From the NCBI GenBank assembly GCA_965197645.1, contig OZ240219.1, positions 1,664,001-1,728,000 on the forward strand: a stretch of 64,000 nucleotides of DNA. The letters are read 5' to 3'. This DNA is from Dehalococcoidia bacterium (GTDB lineage Bacteria; Chloroflexota; Dehalococcoidia; Plut-88900). The notes beneath the pieces were generated by a model. It saw only the letters and a program-made list of their open reading frames with translations. It was not told the DNA's origin and did not search any database. Positions 10,309 to 19,931 of the stretch are shown one piece after another. A program made the position numbers and the translations under genes. Positions within the stretch are counted from its first letter, which is position 1; every line of letters starts with the position of its first letter.

Positions 10309-11550
10309 TCAGCCCTGGTACTCTTTGAAAATGAGCACCGAGTTGTGCCCCCCGAATCCAAGGGAGTTGGAAAGGGCCACTTTTATCTTGCCTCTTCGAG
10401 GCGTGTAAGGGGTGTAGTCCAAGTCGCAATCCGGGTCGGGATTTTCCAGATTGATAGTGGGTGGTATCTCACCGTTCTTGACCGACAGGGCGGTGACGGT
10501 CGCTTCCAGGGCTGCCGCTGCACCGATCAGGTGGCCGGTCATCGATTTGGTGGAGCTTATGGGTATCTTGTACGCTTCCTCCCCAAACACTGACTTGATA
10601 GCAATGGTTTCGAACTTGTCGTTCAGTTGGGTGGAGGTCCCGTGAGCGTTGATGTAGTCGATTTCGTCGGGCTCTACGTTGGCCTCATCCAAGGCCATCT
10701 TCATCGCCTGGACGCTCCCCGCTCCCCCTTCGGCTGGAGCTGTGAGGTGGTAAGCATCACCTGATGAGCCGTATCCCGCCAGCTCAGCGAGAATGGGAGC
10801 ACCCCTGGCTACAGCGTAATCCAGGTCCTCCAAGACCACTATCGCGGCGCCCTCGCCCATAACGAATCCATCACGCTCGGCGTCGAAGGGTCTGCAGGCC
10901 TTCTCCGGCTCGTCGTTCCGAGTAGAAAGGGCTTTGGCCGAATTGAATCCTGCGACTGCTATAGGGGTTATCGGCGCCTCGGCGCCTCCGGTAACAAAGG
11001 CCTTGGTGCGTCCGCTTTTAATCATCTGGAACGCCATGCCGATGGCATCGCTGCCGCTGGCGCAGGCGGACGTGGTGCAAAAATTCGGCCCCTTGGCGCC
11101 CAGGTCGATGGAGACGTACCCAGGGCCCATGTCCGTGATCATCATTGGCACCAGGAAGGGGCTTATGCGGGACGGCCCCTTCTCCGCCAGTACCTCGAAC
11201 TGTTGAGACAGGGTGATCAACCCGCCGATGCCGCTGCCTATTACCACCCCTACGTCCTCGGCATTGGAATCGTCGATGGTAAGCTCGGCCCGGTTGACCG
11301 CTTCCCGGCTCGCTGCAACGGCGAACTGGACGAAACGGTCCATGCGGCGGGCCTCTTTGCGTCCGAAGTAATCGGTGGGGACGAAATCGGAAGCTTCGGC
11401 GGCGATGTGGGTATCGAAGGGCTCGGAATCGAAGGCGGTAATATGGCCGACGCCGGACTTACCGGCCAGAAGGCCCTTCCAGGTGGAATCCGTATCCAGA
11501 CCCAGAGGACTGACGATCCCTGTACCGGTTACGACTACCCGGTGGTTCAA
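10309..11550 (-). CDS. fabF: Beta-ketoacyl-ACP synthase II
   Basis: VVVTGTGIVSPLG, TSACASG, INAHGTST, SSTKSMTGH, SNSLGFGGHN. Confidence 0.97.
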   Translation of the reverse strand: MNHRVVVTGTGIVSPLGLDTDSTWKGLLAGKSGVGHITAFDSEPFDTHIAAEASDFVPTDYFGRKEARRMDRFVQFAVAASREAVNRAELTIDDSNAEDVGVVIGSGIGGLITLSQQFEVLAEKGPSRISPFLVPMMITDMGPGYVSIDLGAKGPNFCTTSACASGSDAIGMAFQMIKSGRTKAFVTGGAEAPITPIAVAGFNSAKALSTRNDEPEKACRPFDAERDGFVMGEGAAIVVLEDLDYAVARGAPILAELAGYGSSGDAYHLTAPAEGGAGSVQAMKMALDEANVEPDEIDYINAHGTSTQLNDKFETIAIKSVFGEEAYKIPISSTKSMTGHLIGAAAALEATVTALSVKNGEIPPTINLENPDPDCDLDYTPYTPRRGKIKVALSNSLGFGGHNSVLIFKEYQG

Positions 11551-11573
11551 GCCCTCTTTACCTTCGAGCTCTT

Positions 11574-13118
11574 CTATGCGTTGCTTTGCGCCTCGGCCCG
11601 GACGCCGTCATTGGCCTTTTCGAGGATCTCGATACCCGAGTCGTAGGTGCTGATATCGGACAGGGTCTTGTACTGTCGCAGGAACCTCATGATGCTCTCT
11701 CTGGTCGTTGAGACCTCCCGGAGCATCTTCCTGACGCGGTCGAACCCGCCATCGCCGACGGACCGCCACAGCGAGGCGTATTGCTCATAGAACTTGTTGT
11801 GGTTGAGGTTGGTCGGCAACACGCTGTGCAGGAAGTCGAAGAACCTGGGTTCGCTGGTTACCAGGGTGTCCTGTACGTCGTTCCACTGCTTGGTGCCGGG
11901 CAGGGGGGTGAGAATAGTGTAGTTGGGGAACTCTATCTTGGTCTGATGCACCTTTTCTTTAAGGTTATCGAAGTTCTTTTCCGCCCAGCCCTGGAAGATT
12001 ATTACACCGCCCCAGATGCGGACGCCAACGCTGTGCAGAATGTCGATGGCTTTCTCGTTGTCCCCAACACGGGTGCCTTTCGAAACGGAATTGAGGGTGT
12101 CCTGTTCAAAGGACTCCAGGCCCACCAGGGTGGTGTCCAGGCCGGCTCTGGCCCACTTCTCGAATTTTCGAGGGTTGCGGACCACGTTGTCCGCTCTTAC
12201 CTGCATCCAGTATCGCTGACCCAGGTCCAGCTCGATGAGCCGATCGGCCAAGTCCTCCATCGGATCGTAACCGTCGGCGTTCTGGAGCTTCATTGCGCCC
12301 GAGGGCTCGGGGATGGCCAGATCGTCCACTATGTTTATCCACGAATTTCTCGGAAGCTGGGATAGCTCCTGGATAGTGCGGTCGTTGCCCTGGACTTTGA
12401 ACTCGCCCCGGTGGAACTCGTGGACCGAGCAGAAGTTGCAGCGATACTGGCAACCTCTGGCCGTTTCGACGGAGTAGGGGTTGGTGTGGTAGAGGAAGAA
12501 GTACTGGTCCCTGTACCTATCCACCAGATGACGCGCCGGGAACGGTCTGCCGTTCATCATCGGTGAATCCATCTCTTTGAGGGAGCTCTTCTTCTGGAAC
12601 ATCAGATTCGTGGTATCGAAGTTGCCCTCAGAGTCCTGGAAGATGACTTCGCCCACTCCGTTGAGCCCTTTGCCCTGTTGCAGGTTCAGCACTATCTGCC
12701 GGAATGTGGCCTCGCCATCGCCAATCACTATAGCGTCCACGTGGGGAGAGTAGGCGTCTCGAGGCACCAAACTCACGTGGTGGCCGCCCACAACGACCGG
12801 CACGTCCGGGTCGATGGCTTTAACCCAACCCGCCACCTCTTTAACCGAGTCGACGTCTACGGTGTAGCCCTCTTTTATTCCCACCAGGTCCGGGGCGAAC
12901 TCTTCCATCACCTGCCGCAGCGGGGTATCGTCCACCCGCATATCGAAAATCATTACGTCGGCCAGGTCTATGATGCCGCCGCCCAGGTACTGGAGGCCCA
13001 ACGGTTCGACTACTACCGTGGCATTGAAGCCTACGTATAGATTGTTGGGCGGTTCAATGAGGAGTACTTTCCGTGCCTTGGGGAAATTCCTAACACGGAC
13101 GGATGATACGACGGCCAT
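11574..13118 (-). CDS. Cobalamin-dependent radical SAM protein (HpnR-like class B methylase)
   Basis: EPLGL and VVGGHH B12-binding domain, ETARGCQYRCNFC motif, GLES, TPLPGT, FDFLHSVLPT tail. Confidence 0.88.
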   Translation of the reverse strand: MAVVSSVRVRNFPKARKVLLIEPPNNLYVGFNATVVVEPLGLQYLGGGIIDLADVMIFDMRVDDTPLRQVMEEFAPDLVGIKEGYTVDVDSVKEVAGWVKAIDPDVPVVVGGHHVSLVPRDAYSPHVDAIVIGDGEATFRQIVLNLQQGKGLNGVGEVIFQDSEGNFDTTNLMFQKKSSLKEMDSPMMNGRPFPARHLVDRYRDQYFFLYHTNPYSVETARGCQYRCNFCSVHEFHRGEFKVQGNDRTIQELSQLPRNSWINIVDDLAIPEPSGAMKLQNADGYDPMEDLADRLIELDLGQRYWMQVRADNVVRNPRKFEKWARAGLDTTLVGLESFEQDTLNSVSKGTRVGDNEKAIDILHSVGVRIWGGVIIFQGWAEKNFDNLKEKVHQTKIEFPNYTILTPLPGTKQWNDVQDTLVTSEPRFFDFLHSVLPTNLNHNKFYEQYASLWRSVGDGGFDRVRKMLREVSTTRESIMRFLRQYKTLSDISTYDSGIEILEKANDGVRAEAQSNA

Positions 13119-13228
13119 CTAGAGCACCTTCATAGGCCGGCCTGACACGTATGGGAGCCCGTCAAGCGTGGCTATAGAAATGGATAAGTTAATGCTGTTT
13201 TTCAATGCAGAGCCGTTCAACCATTAAG

Positions 13229-13237
13229 ATTATACCA
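13229..13237 (-). promoter_or_regulatory. Extended -10 promoter for the radical SAM-fabF operon
   Basis: Minus strand TGGTATAAT in an AT-rich intergenic region. Confidence 0.5.
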
Positions 13238-13312
13238 CAGGTCACAATACAACGCGTGAAAAAGTACACAAACATCCTTTGACCGGTTTATCTGGTCACC
13301 GCAGGCCAGCTG

Positions 13313-14230
13313 TCAGACCTTGATCGGCGATGGCACGTGGGCATCCGCAAGGATGGCGGTGAGACTTCCGATCGCTTCTTCCGCTTCCGAGGGGGTCAGG
13401 TCCCGCAGCGGCGGCCTGACGAAGCTCAAGGGCAGCCCGGCGAAGTATCCCAAGGCGTGCTTGATGGCGCTGTGGGATGGATATCTGTCGAGGGTCCTCC
13501 TTATCTCCGAGAGGCGGTCTTGAGTGGAAGTCGCAGGCTTCCCTTCCTTCACACTGTGAAAGATCGATTTCAAGATGTGAGGGAATACATTGGCGGCTGC
13601 GCTTACGTTGCCCTTGGCGCCCGATAAGGCGGCCTGCTCCACGTACAGATCCGTGCCGCTGAAAATGCTGAGCTCCGGGAACCGCTCGATGAAGTGCCGG
13701 GTCTGATCGATGCTGCCGGAGGTGTCCTTGACTCCCAGCAGCATCGAGGGATACCGCTCCAGCAGGGCCTCTATGACCGGGTCCGTGATCTCGACTCCCG
13801 ATAGCTTGGGTATGTTGTACAGGGCCACCTTCCCATCCGAGGGCAGCGAATTGAAGATGGCGCCATAGTACTCGATCAGGCCTTTGTCGGACAGGCCTTT
13901 GAAGTAGAAGGGCGGCACGACCAAGACCGCGTCGGCGCCCTGTCCCAGTGCGTACCGGGATAGCTCGATGGTCTCCGGTAGGGCGCTGCATCCGGTGCCA
14001 GCCATAACTCCCAGGTCCCCTCGATTCGCCAGCACGGTGTCTATAACCGCCCTTCGTTCACCGAAGCTGAGCGATGGGCCTTCGCCATTGGTCCCGCTGA
14101 TGAGGACGGCGTCCGCCCCGTTCTTCCTTAGGTACTCAAGGTGCGCAGGTATCCAGTCCAAGTCTACGTTCTCTCCGCCCTTGGTGAAGGGGGTGACCGT
14201 CGCCACTATGACGCCTCTTATCTTTGACAA
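13313..14230 (-). CDS. Dihydrodipicolinate synthase-family aldolase
   Basis: TPF, GTNGE, PPFYF, YNIP, GVKDTSG Schiff-base Lys; TTG start after GGAG. Confidence 0.9.
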   Translation of the reverse strand: MSKIRGVIVATVTPFTKGGENVDLDWIPAHLEYLRKNGADAVLISGTNGEGPSLSFGERRAVIDTVLANRGDLGVMAGTGCSALPETIELSRYALGQGADAVLVVPPFYFKGLSDKGLIEYYGAIFNSLPSDGKVALYNIPKLSGVEITDPVIEALLERYPSMLLGVKDTSGSIDQTRHFIERFPELSIFSGTDLYVEQAALSGAKGNVSAAANVFPHILKSIFHSVKEGKPATSTQDRLSEIRRTLDRYPSHSAIKHALGYFAGLPLSFVRPPLRDLTPSEAEEAIGSLTAILADAHVPSPIKV

Positions 14231-14314
14231 GGTGCCGGCTCCTTTACCTCTACTCGAATCCAATGCCTTGACCCGTTAGAACACCGACAATTATAATATG
14301 CCGAACCTCGGACC

Positions 14315-15706
14315 ATGAAAGCCTCCCCTCCGTCCGCACCGAACCCCGTTAGAGTGGCCGTAGCCACCCACGGCTGCAAGCTCAACCAGGCGGAATCCGA
14401 TTCCATCAGCCGATCCTTCAGCGAGGCCGGTTGCCAAGTTGTCGATCCCAAGGGGCAGGCCGACATCTACGTCCTGAATACCTGCTCGGTGACCCACGTG
14501 GCCGAGAGCAAGGCCCGAAGATGGCTTCGCTCGGCTCATCACAGGAACCCTCAAGCCTCGATAATCGCCACGGGGTGCTACTCGTCCCGGGCCGAGGAGG
14601 AGTTGGAGGGACTCGAAGGAGTTAGTCTGGTTGTAGGCAACCAAGACAAAGGTCGGCTAGCCGAGATCGTTGAGATTTCTGGACTGCTGGAGAAGCACGG
14701 CTCCCTGCCCATCTCGACGGGCACAACTAACCCATTCGCATCGCCGCTTCATCGTACCAGGGCGGCGGTCAAGATCCAGGACGGGTGCAACCAGTTCTGC
14801 GCTTTCTGTGTGGTCCCTCTCACACGGGGAAGAGAGTCCAATCTGCCCATGGACGACGTGATAGAGCTGGTGAGAAGCAAGGTCGAGGAGGGTTACAAAG
14901 AGGTAGTGTTGACCGGCCCTCAGATCGGCTCTTATGGGCTTTACCCCCCGACCGCCGAGGCCCGCAAGGACTACGATTCATATGACGGGCGTCTTCACAG
15001 GCTTATCGAAAGGGTCCTCGGCGAGACCGAGATAGAGCGCCTGCGCATCTCTTCCATCCAGCCCCAGGACCTCACCGATAGCCTACTCAGGACGTGGGAA
15101 GACCCGAGGCTCTGCCGGCATGTCCATATGGCTCTTCAAAGCGGCAGCGATGCCGTCCTCCAGCGAATGCGCCGCAGATATCGCTCCCCCCAGTACCGGG
15201 AGGCGGTGGAGCGTTTGAGGGAGGCTGTACCGGGCATAGCCATAACCACCGACGTAATTGTGGGATTTCCTCAGGAGACCGACAAGGAGTTCGACGAGGG
15301 ATACCAGTTCTGCCTGGAGATGGGCTTTGCAGGGATGCACGTGTTCCCCTATTCCCCCAGGCCCGGCACCTCCGCCGCAGAGATGCAGAGCGGGCTGCCT
15401 GAATCCGATAAGAAGTACAGGCTAGACAGGATGCTCGCCCTCGCCCACGATAGCGCTTCCCGATTCCGCAGGTCCTTCATTGGTCAGAAGTTCGGCGTAC
15501 TCTGGGAGGATCAGGAACAGATAGCAGAGCGTTCAATGTGGTCCGGTCTGACCGATAACTACATTCGGGTCTACTCCGACGATGAGAGACTATCCACCAA
15601 CCAGATCACATCGACCCTACTGACGACACAGTTGGACAACGGATTGCTGGGTGTTCCGGACGTGAACGTCGAGTCCATGTCCGGCGTAAGAGTAAGCCTG
15701 AACTGA
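14315..15706 (+). CDS. mtaB: tRNA t6A37 methylthiotransferase MtaB
   Basis: THGCKLNQAES, NTCSVT, KIQDGCNQFCAFC, HVFPYSPRPGT, GLTDNYIRV. Confidence 0.92.
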   Translation: MKASPPSAPNPVRVAVATHGCKLNQAESDSISRSFSEAGCQVVDPKGQADIYVLNTCSVTHVAESKARRWLRSAHHRNPQASIIATGCYSSRAEEELEGLEGVSLVVGNQDKGRLAEIVEISGLLEKHGSLPISTGTTNPFASPLHRTRAAVKIQDGCNQFCAFCVVPLTRGRESNLPMDDVIELVRSKVEEGYKEVVLTGPQIGSYGLYPPTAEARKDYDSYDGRLHRLIERVLGETEIERLRISSIQPQDLTDSLLRTWEDPRLCRHVHMALQSGSDAVLQRMRRRYRSPQYREAVERLREAVPGIAITTDVIVGFPQETDKEFDEGYQFCLEMGFAGMHVFPYSPRPGTSAAEMQSGLPESDKKYRLDRMLALAHDSASRFRRSFIGQKFGVLWEDQEQIAERSMWSGLTDNYIRVYSDDERLSTNQITSTLLTTQLDNGLLGVPDVNVESMSGVRVSLN

Positions 15707-16833
15707 TGGGGACCGGATTGCGGCTTTCCCCTCTTCTGCTGATTGTAGCAGCCCTCATCGCGGCCGCCTGTAGCGGGGACCCAGAGGAGCCCGAGACGCC
15801 GACGGCGGAAACATCTACGCCGACCGCCATCGCTACCTCGACTCCAACTCCTACAGCGACGCCAACCCCAACTGCCCAGCCTGTGTCCGCCTCATTGCTG
15901 CCGTATACCAGTGATGCCCACGGCGCGACACTGATGGCCCCAGAAGGCTGGGTGGCGTACGAAGGCAACCCAGACGTACTGACCATCACCAATCCAACTG
16001 GCATTGCCGGCATAGAGATCAGGTTCAGCACCTTTCTCGCCGAACCGACCCCGGCCCAGTTCGATGAATTTGTCAGCCTGAGAATACTATCCTTACAAGC
16101 GGAGGTCCCCGGGTTCGAGGAGGTCTCGAGGGAGCGGCTCACCGACCCGCCCGGATTCATCATAGCGTACACCTCCGATGAAACGGGAACTGTAGTCCTG
16201 TATACGTACAGTGGCGCCAGAGGCGTGGAGGCCGTGGCCACTACCGAGCGGGTCTTCTTCTCAAACTTCCGGTCGCTGTTTGAGCAGGTGTTGAGATCTT
16301 TGTCCCTGGCGGCCACTCCCCCCGCTCCCACCCCGACACCCGGCCCCACCGCTTCTCCAACTCCTACGCCCATACCAACCCCCCTGTCCACCATAGCACC
16401 GGGACGCTACACCAACGATCAGTTCGGCTTCACCTTGGAGGTCCCGCTGGGCTGGGGCCTGCTGGCGCCTGCGAAAGAGGATGAGGTGCGGTTCATAGGA
16501 CCGGAACGCGTCATCGTGCAGGTGTTGACCGGCCGCACAGCTGCGGGAATGAGCAACGCCGACTTCTCTCAGGCGTTGGTCGAGAGCCGGTACGAGCCGC
16601 TAGCCGGATTCAACATCGAATCGGAAGATGACGTGACCCATGGAAACCTGGCGGGCCGCGAGCTTCGATTCACGGCCAGTACGGGGTTGGGCGGGGCTAC
16701 TCAAAAGTACCTGGTGCTGGTCACGAAACGAGGGATAAGGGCCTACGTGATAGAGGCCATCGGTCCGGAATCGGCCTTCGAAGACTACGGGGCGGAGATA
16801 GAGGCCTTAGTCTCCAGCTTCCGCCTGCGATGA
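15706..16833 (+). CDS. Lipoprotein with Pro/Thr linkers and two PsbP-like domains
   Basis: Lipobox IAAAC; PTPTAT repeats; two P.GW...SF-type domains; TGATG overlap with mtaB. Confidence 0.8.
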   Translation: MGTGLRLSPLLLIVAALIAAACSGDPEEPETPTAETSTPTAIATSTPTPTATPTPTAQPVSASLLPYTSDAHGATLMAPEGWVAYEGNPDVLTITNPTGIAGIEIRFSTFLAEPTPAQFDEFVSLRILSLQAEVPGFEEVSRERLTDPPGFIIAYTSDETGTVVLYTYSGARGVEAVATTERVFFSNFRSLFEQVLRSLSLAATPPAPTPTPGPTASPTPTPIPTPLSTIAPGRYTNDQFGFTLEVPLGWGLLAPAKEDEVRFIGPERVIVQVLTGRTAAGMSNADFSQALVESRYEPLAGFNIESEDDVTHGNLAGRELRFTASTGLGGATQKYLVLVTKRGIRAYVIEAIGPESAFEDYGAEIEALVSSFRLR

Positions 16834-16840
16834 AGGTGGC

Positions 16841-17680
16841 CTAGGTTACCTTTACTTCCCTCAGGTAGACCTTACCGTTCCTGCGCTCCAGGTACCCGGT
16901 TGCCTTTTCCGTGCTGTGGGAAAAGATCAGCAGCCACCCTTCGTCCTCAGCCTGTTCCAGGATGTCCCGCTTGACCTTAAGCGTGTCCATCGGATACATG
17001 TCGAACGCCGGGATGTAGGGGAGGGGAAGGTGATGGTTGGTGGAGATGAGGTCTCCCAGGATTGCAGCTTTACGTCTACCGTTGCCGACAACTATGACCT
17101 GGTGGCCTCCGGAGTGACCGCCGGTGATCTTGGCCAGGACCCCGTTGACCAGCTCGCTGTCGCCATCGATTAGTTCCAGCTGACCCTTTTCATTGAGGGG
17201 CTCGAAGTCATCCTTGTGGTAGGCGGCGGCATTTCTCTCGTTGGGATTCATCGCCTCTTCCCAGTCGGTCTTCTGCACAATGTACTTGGCCTTGGGGAAG
17301 GTGCACACTACGTTCCCTTTGCTATCGAACCGGGTGGCGCCGCCTACGTGATCGAAGTGCAGGTGGGTGAGGATAACCATATGGATATCTTTGGGGGTCA
17401 GCCCGTACTGTTTCAGGCCGCGTTGCAGCTTACCCGCCGAGATACCGTAGATATCCTTAACCTTGTCCGGCTCTTTTTTCCCTACCCCGGTGTCCACCAG
17501 TATATTGGTGCCGTTCGACTGGATCAGAAGGCAGTTGAGGCCCATTTGGACCCGGTTTCTTCTATCCGCTCGAACCTTCCGCTCCCACAGGGGTTTGGGT
17601 ACGACTCCGAAAAGGGCGCCAGCGTCCATCTTGAAAGTGCCGTCGCTGACGACGTGGACGTTAAGGCTGCCAAGTCTCAT
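16841..17680 (-). CDS. MBL-fold metallohydrolase (YtnP-like)
   Basis: DAGALFGVVPKPLW, THLHFDHVGG, GGHSGGHQ. Confidence 0.92.
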   Translation of the reverse strand: MRLGSLNVHVVSDGTFKMDAGALFGVVPKPLWERKVRADRRNRVQMGLNCLLIQSNGTNILVDTGVGKKEPDKVKDIYGISAGKLQRGLKQYGLTPKDIHMVILTHLHFDHVGGATRFDSKGNVVCTFPKAKYIVQKTDWEEAMNPNERNAAAYHKDDFEPLNEKGQLELIDGDSELVNGVLAKITGGHSGGHQVIVVGNGRRKAAILGDLISTNHHLPLPYIPAFDMYPMDTLKVKRDILEQAEDEGWLLIFSHSTEKATGYLERRNGKVYLREVKVT

Positions 17681-17744
17681 TGACGGCCTCCTGAATGTGT
17701 AGGAATAGATGGGGCACTAACTATTTTCAAAAAGTATGCGAATA

Positions 17745-17820
17745 TGGCGCGCCTGAAGGGATTCGAACCCCCGACCCTCGGTTCCGAAGACCGATGCTCT
17801 ATCCACTGAGCTACAGGCGC
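17745..17820 (-). tRNA. tRNA-Arg(UCG)
   Basis: GCGCCTGTAGCTCAGTGGATAGAGCATCGGT-CTTCGGA-ACCGAGGGTCGGGGGTTCGAATCCCTTCAGGCGCGCCA; encoded CCA. Confidence 0.95.
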
Positions 17821-17859
17821 AGACGCCCTCTCCTCCAGGGCATTCCTCTAATGAAAGAC

Positions 17860-17936
17860 TGGGGTGAGCGAGGGGATTCGAACCCCCGATCTCCAGGGCC
17901 ACAACCTGGCGCCTTAACCGCTAGGCGACGCTCACC
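17860..17936 (-). tRNA. tRNA-His(GUG)
   Basis: Cloverleaf with loop TTGTGGC, G-1:C73 pair, GGTTCGAATCC T-arm, encoded CCA. Confidence 0.95.
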
Positions 17937-18033
17937 GGGGAAACGAACTGAATTCTAGCATCCCATCAATATCGGGTCAAGGTAAAGCGGTGTGAACAGA
18001 GCGGGATTTCCAGCGGGGATGGGCGATGAATCG

Positions 18034-18795
18034 CTAGCTGCTTTCTTCCCATTCCGCTTCGTTCAACACCCTGCAATCCTCGGCGGTCAAGGGGCTCTTC
18101 TTCAGCAATTCGGGCCGGTTCCGCTTGGTCTGCAGCACTGCTTGCGCCCTTCTCCACCGGGCGATCTCACCGTGATTGCCCGATAGCAGGACATCGGGGA
18201 CGCCGAGACCCTGGTACTCGGGAGGGCGGGTGTACTGGGGATGCTGCAGTAGGCCGTCGGTATGGGACTCGTCGTCCAGCGATTGGTTGGAACCGAGAAC
18301 GCCGGGGATGAGCCGGACTATGGCGTCGGTGACGACCATCGCTGCCAGCTCTCCCCCGGTCAGCACGTAATCACCCAGGCTTATCTGGTGGGTGGCCAGG
18401 TGCCGGCTGACACGGGCGTCGATGCCTTCGTAGTGCCCGCAGATCAGGACCAGGTGGCTCTCCCCTAGCAGCTCTTGGGCCATATCCTGGTTGAAAACCT
18501 GACCCTGAGGCGTCAGCAGTATTACAGGAATCTCTTTCTTTGGATTACGGATATCTCTTCTAACAGCGGATACCACGTCCTCCACCGCCTCGAATATGGG
18601 CTCGGGCTTCATCACCATCCCGGCCCCTCCTCCATAGGGGTAGTCGTCCACGGTCCTGTGCTTATCATGAGCGTAGTCCCGGATGTCGTGAAGGTGGATG
18701 CTCGTCAGGCCCGAGTCCCGAGCCCTCTTGACGATGCTTTCCTCGAAGGGTCCGGAAAACATATCGGGGAACAGGGTCAGGATGTGGATCTCCAT
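18034..18795 (-). CDS. trmD: tRNA (guanine-N1)-methyltransferase
   Basis: LTLFPDMF, VDDYPYGGGAGM, CGHYEGID, GDYVLTGGE, LLSGNH. Confidence 0.97.
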   Translation of the reverse strand: MEIHILTLFPDMFSGPFEESIVKRARDSGLTSIHLHDIRDYAHDKHRTVDDYPYGGGAGMVMKPEPIFEAVEDVVSAVRRDIRNPKKEIPVILLTPQGQVFNQDMAQELLGESHLVLICGHYEGIDARVSRHLATHQISLGDYVLTGGELAAMVVTDAIVRLIPGVLGSNQSLDDESHTDGLLQHPQYTRPPEYQGLGVPDVLLSGNHGEIARWRRAQAVLQTKRNRPELLKKSPLTAEDCRVLNEAEWEESS

Positions 18796-18823
18796 CAGGC
18801 GCCAACCGGGGACGAACGCAGGG

Positions 18824-19318
18824 TCAACTAGGCTCCTGGTGGCTTGTCCGCCGCCCCTGCAGGAGCTCCAGAGCGTGGGGAAGAGTGGGAAGGATCGCCT
18901 CCAGACATTCTCTGACCCCCTTGGGGCTGCCGGGTAGATTGACTATCAGGCACCGCTTCCTTATTCCGGCAGCCTGCCGGCTGAGCATGCCGTGTGGAGT
19001 CTTCTTCAGGCTGGTCGCCCTCATCACCTCGGGAAGGCCGGGAACATCCCGCTCTATGATGGAGCGGGTGGCTTCCGGAGTAACGTCCCGGGGGCTCATC
19101 CCCGTTCCCCCCGTGGTCAATGCCAGATCCACGTCTCCGCTGTCGGCCCACTCTCGGAGGATGTCGGCGATCACCTGCTGTTCATCGGGAACTACGATGT
19201 ACTTGACGACCTCCCCGTCTATCCGGGGTATCATCTCCTTGATGGCGGCGCCACTGGCGTCTTGGCGCTCGCCCTTGGCCCCAAGATCGCTGCTGGTGAG
19301 TACTCCTACGTTGAACAT
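18824..19318 (-). CDS. mog: Molybdopterin adenylyltransferase Mog/MoaB
   Basis: [29 protein letters not shown]. Confidence 0.9.
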   Translation of the reverse strand: MFNVGVLTSSDLGAKGERQDASGAAIKEMIPRIDGEVVKYIVVPDEQQVIADILREWADSGDVDLALTTGGTGMSPRDVTPEATRSIIERDVPGLPEVMRATSLKKTPHGMLSRQAAGIRKRCLIVNLPGSPKGVRECLEAILPTLPHALELLQGRRTSHQEPS

Positions 19319-19430
19319 TTACACCTTCCGGAATCTGGATGTCCATGATATCACAGGCAGGGTTCCCTACTGCCGGGAGTATCCGGGGGGCAAACAGGGG
19401 ATGTGTCGGCAAGTCCAGCTATGAGTATTA

Positions 19431-19483
19431 TTGACAAAAGATGCACTAGTGTTAAAATGTGGCATTACGTGGGGATGAGTGGG
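19431..19483 (+). promoter_or_regulatory. sigma70 promoter plus three MraZ-binding repeats
   Basis: TTGACA(19431)-16 nt-TAAAAT(19453) with TG extension; GTGG repeats at 19459, 19469, 19479 (10-bp period). Confidence 0.85.
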
Positions 19484-19503
19484 GAATTCTTTTATCTACC
19501 GTT

Positions 19504-19929
19504 ATGTTTCTTGGTGAGTACGAGTATCGTATCGACCAGAAGGGAAGGATCGCGGTGCCGCCCAGATTTCGAGAGTCCTTTGCAACTGGCATCGTAGTCA
19601 CCCGCGGGTACGATAGGTGTGTGGTGGCCTACACCCTCGCCGAGTGGAACAAGGTCAGCGAGGACTACGCCTCCCTCCCCACAACGAGCGCCAGCTCTCG
19701 CAGACTCAACCGCCTCATCTTCACTAATGCCTTCAGCCTGTATCTAGACCGGTTGGGCCGGTTCATCCTTCCTCCCTCCCTGAAGGAATACGCCCAGATT
19801 CAGGACGAAGTCGTTATTGCCGGCGTCGGGACTTACCTGGAGGTATGGGGCAGGGAGGGCTGGAGCCAGGAACGGACCGCCATGGAAGACCAGGCAGCCG
19901 AAATAGCGGAAGGACTGCATCCGGAATAG
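19504..19929 (+). CDS. mraZ: Transcriptional regulator MraZ
   Basis: MFLGEY...IDQKGRI.VP, LD..GRF.LP, YLEVW. Confidence 0.95.
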   Translation: MFLGEYEYRIDQKGRIAVPPRFRESFATGIVVTRGYDRCVVAYTLAEWNKVSEDYASLPTTSASSRRLNRLIFTNAFSLYLDRLGRFILPPSLKEYAQIQDEVVIAGVGTYLEVWGREGWSQERTAMEDQAAEIAEGLHPE

Positions 19930-19931
19930 GT

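Noticed and set aside
15796-16390. Short tandem repeats
   Set aside because: They encode Pro/Thr linkers of a lipoprotein; not CRISPR or a contingency locus
19320-19430. Moco riboswitch upstream of mog
   Set aside because: Only a short hairpin is present; the conserved Moco motif elements were not recognisable
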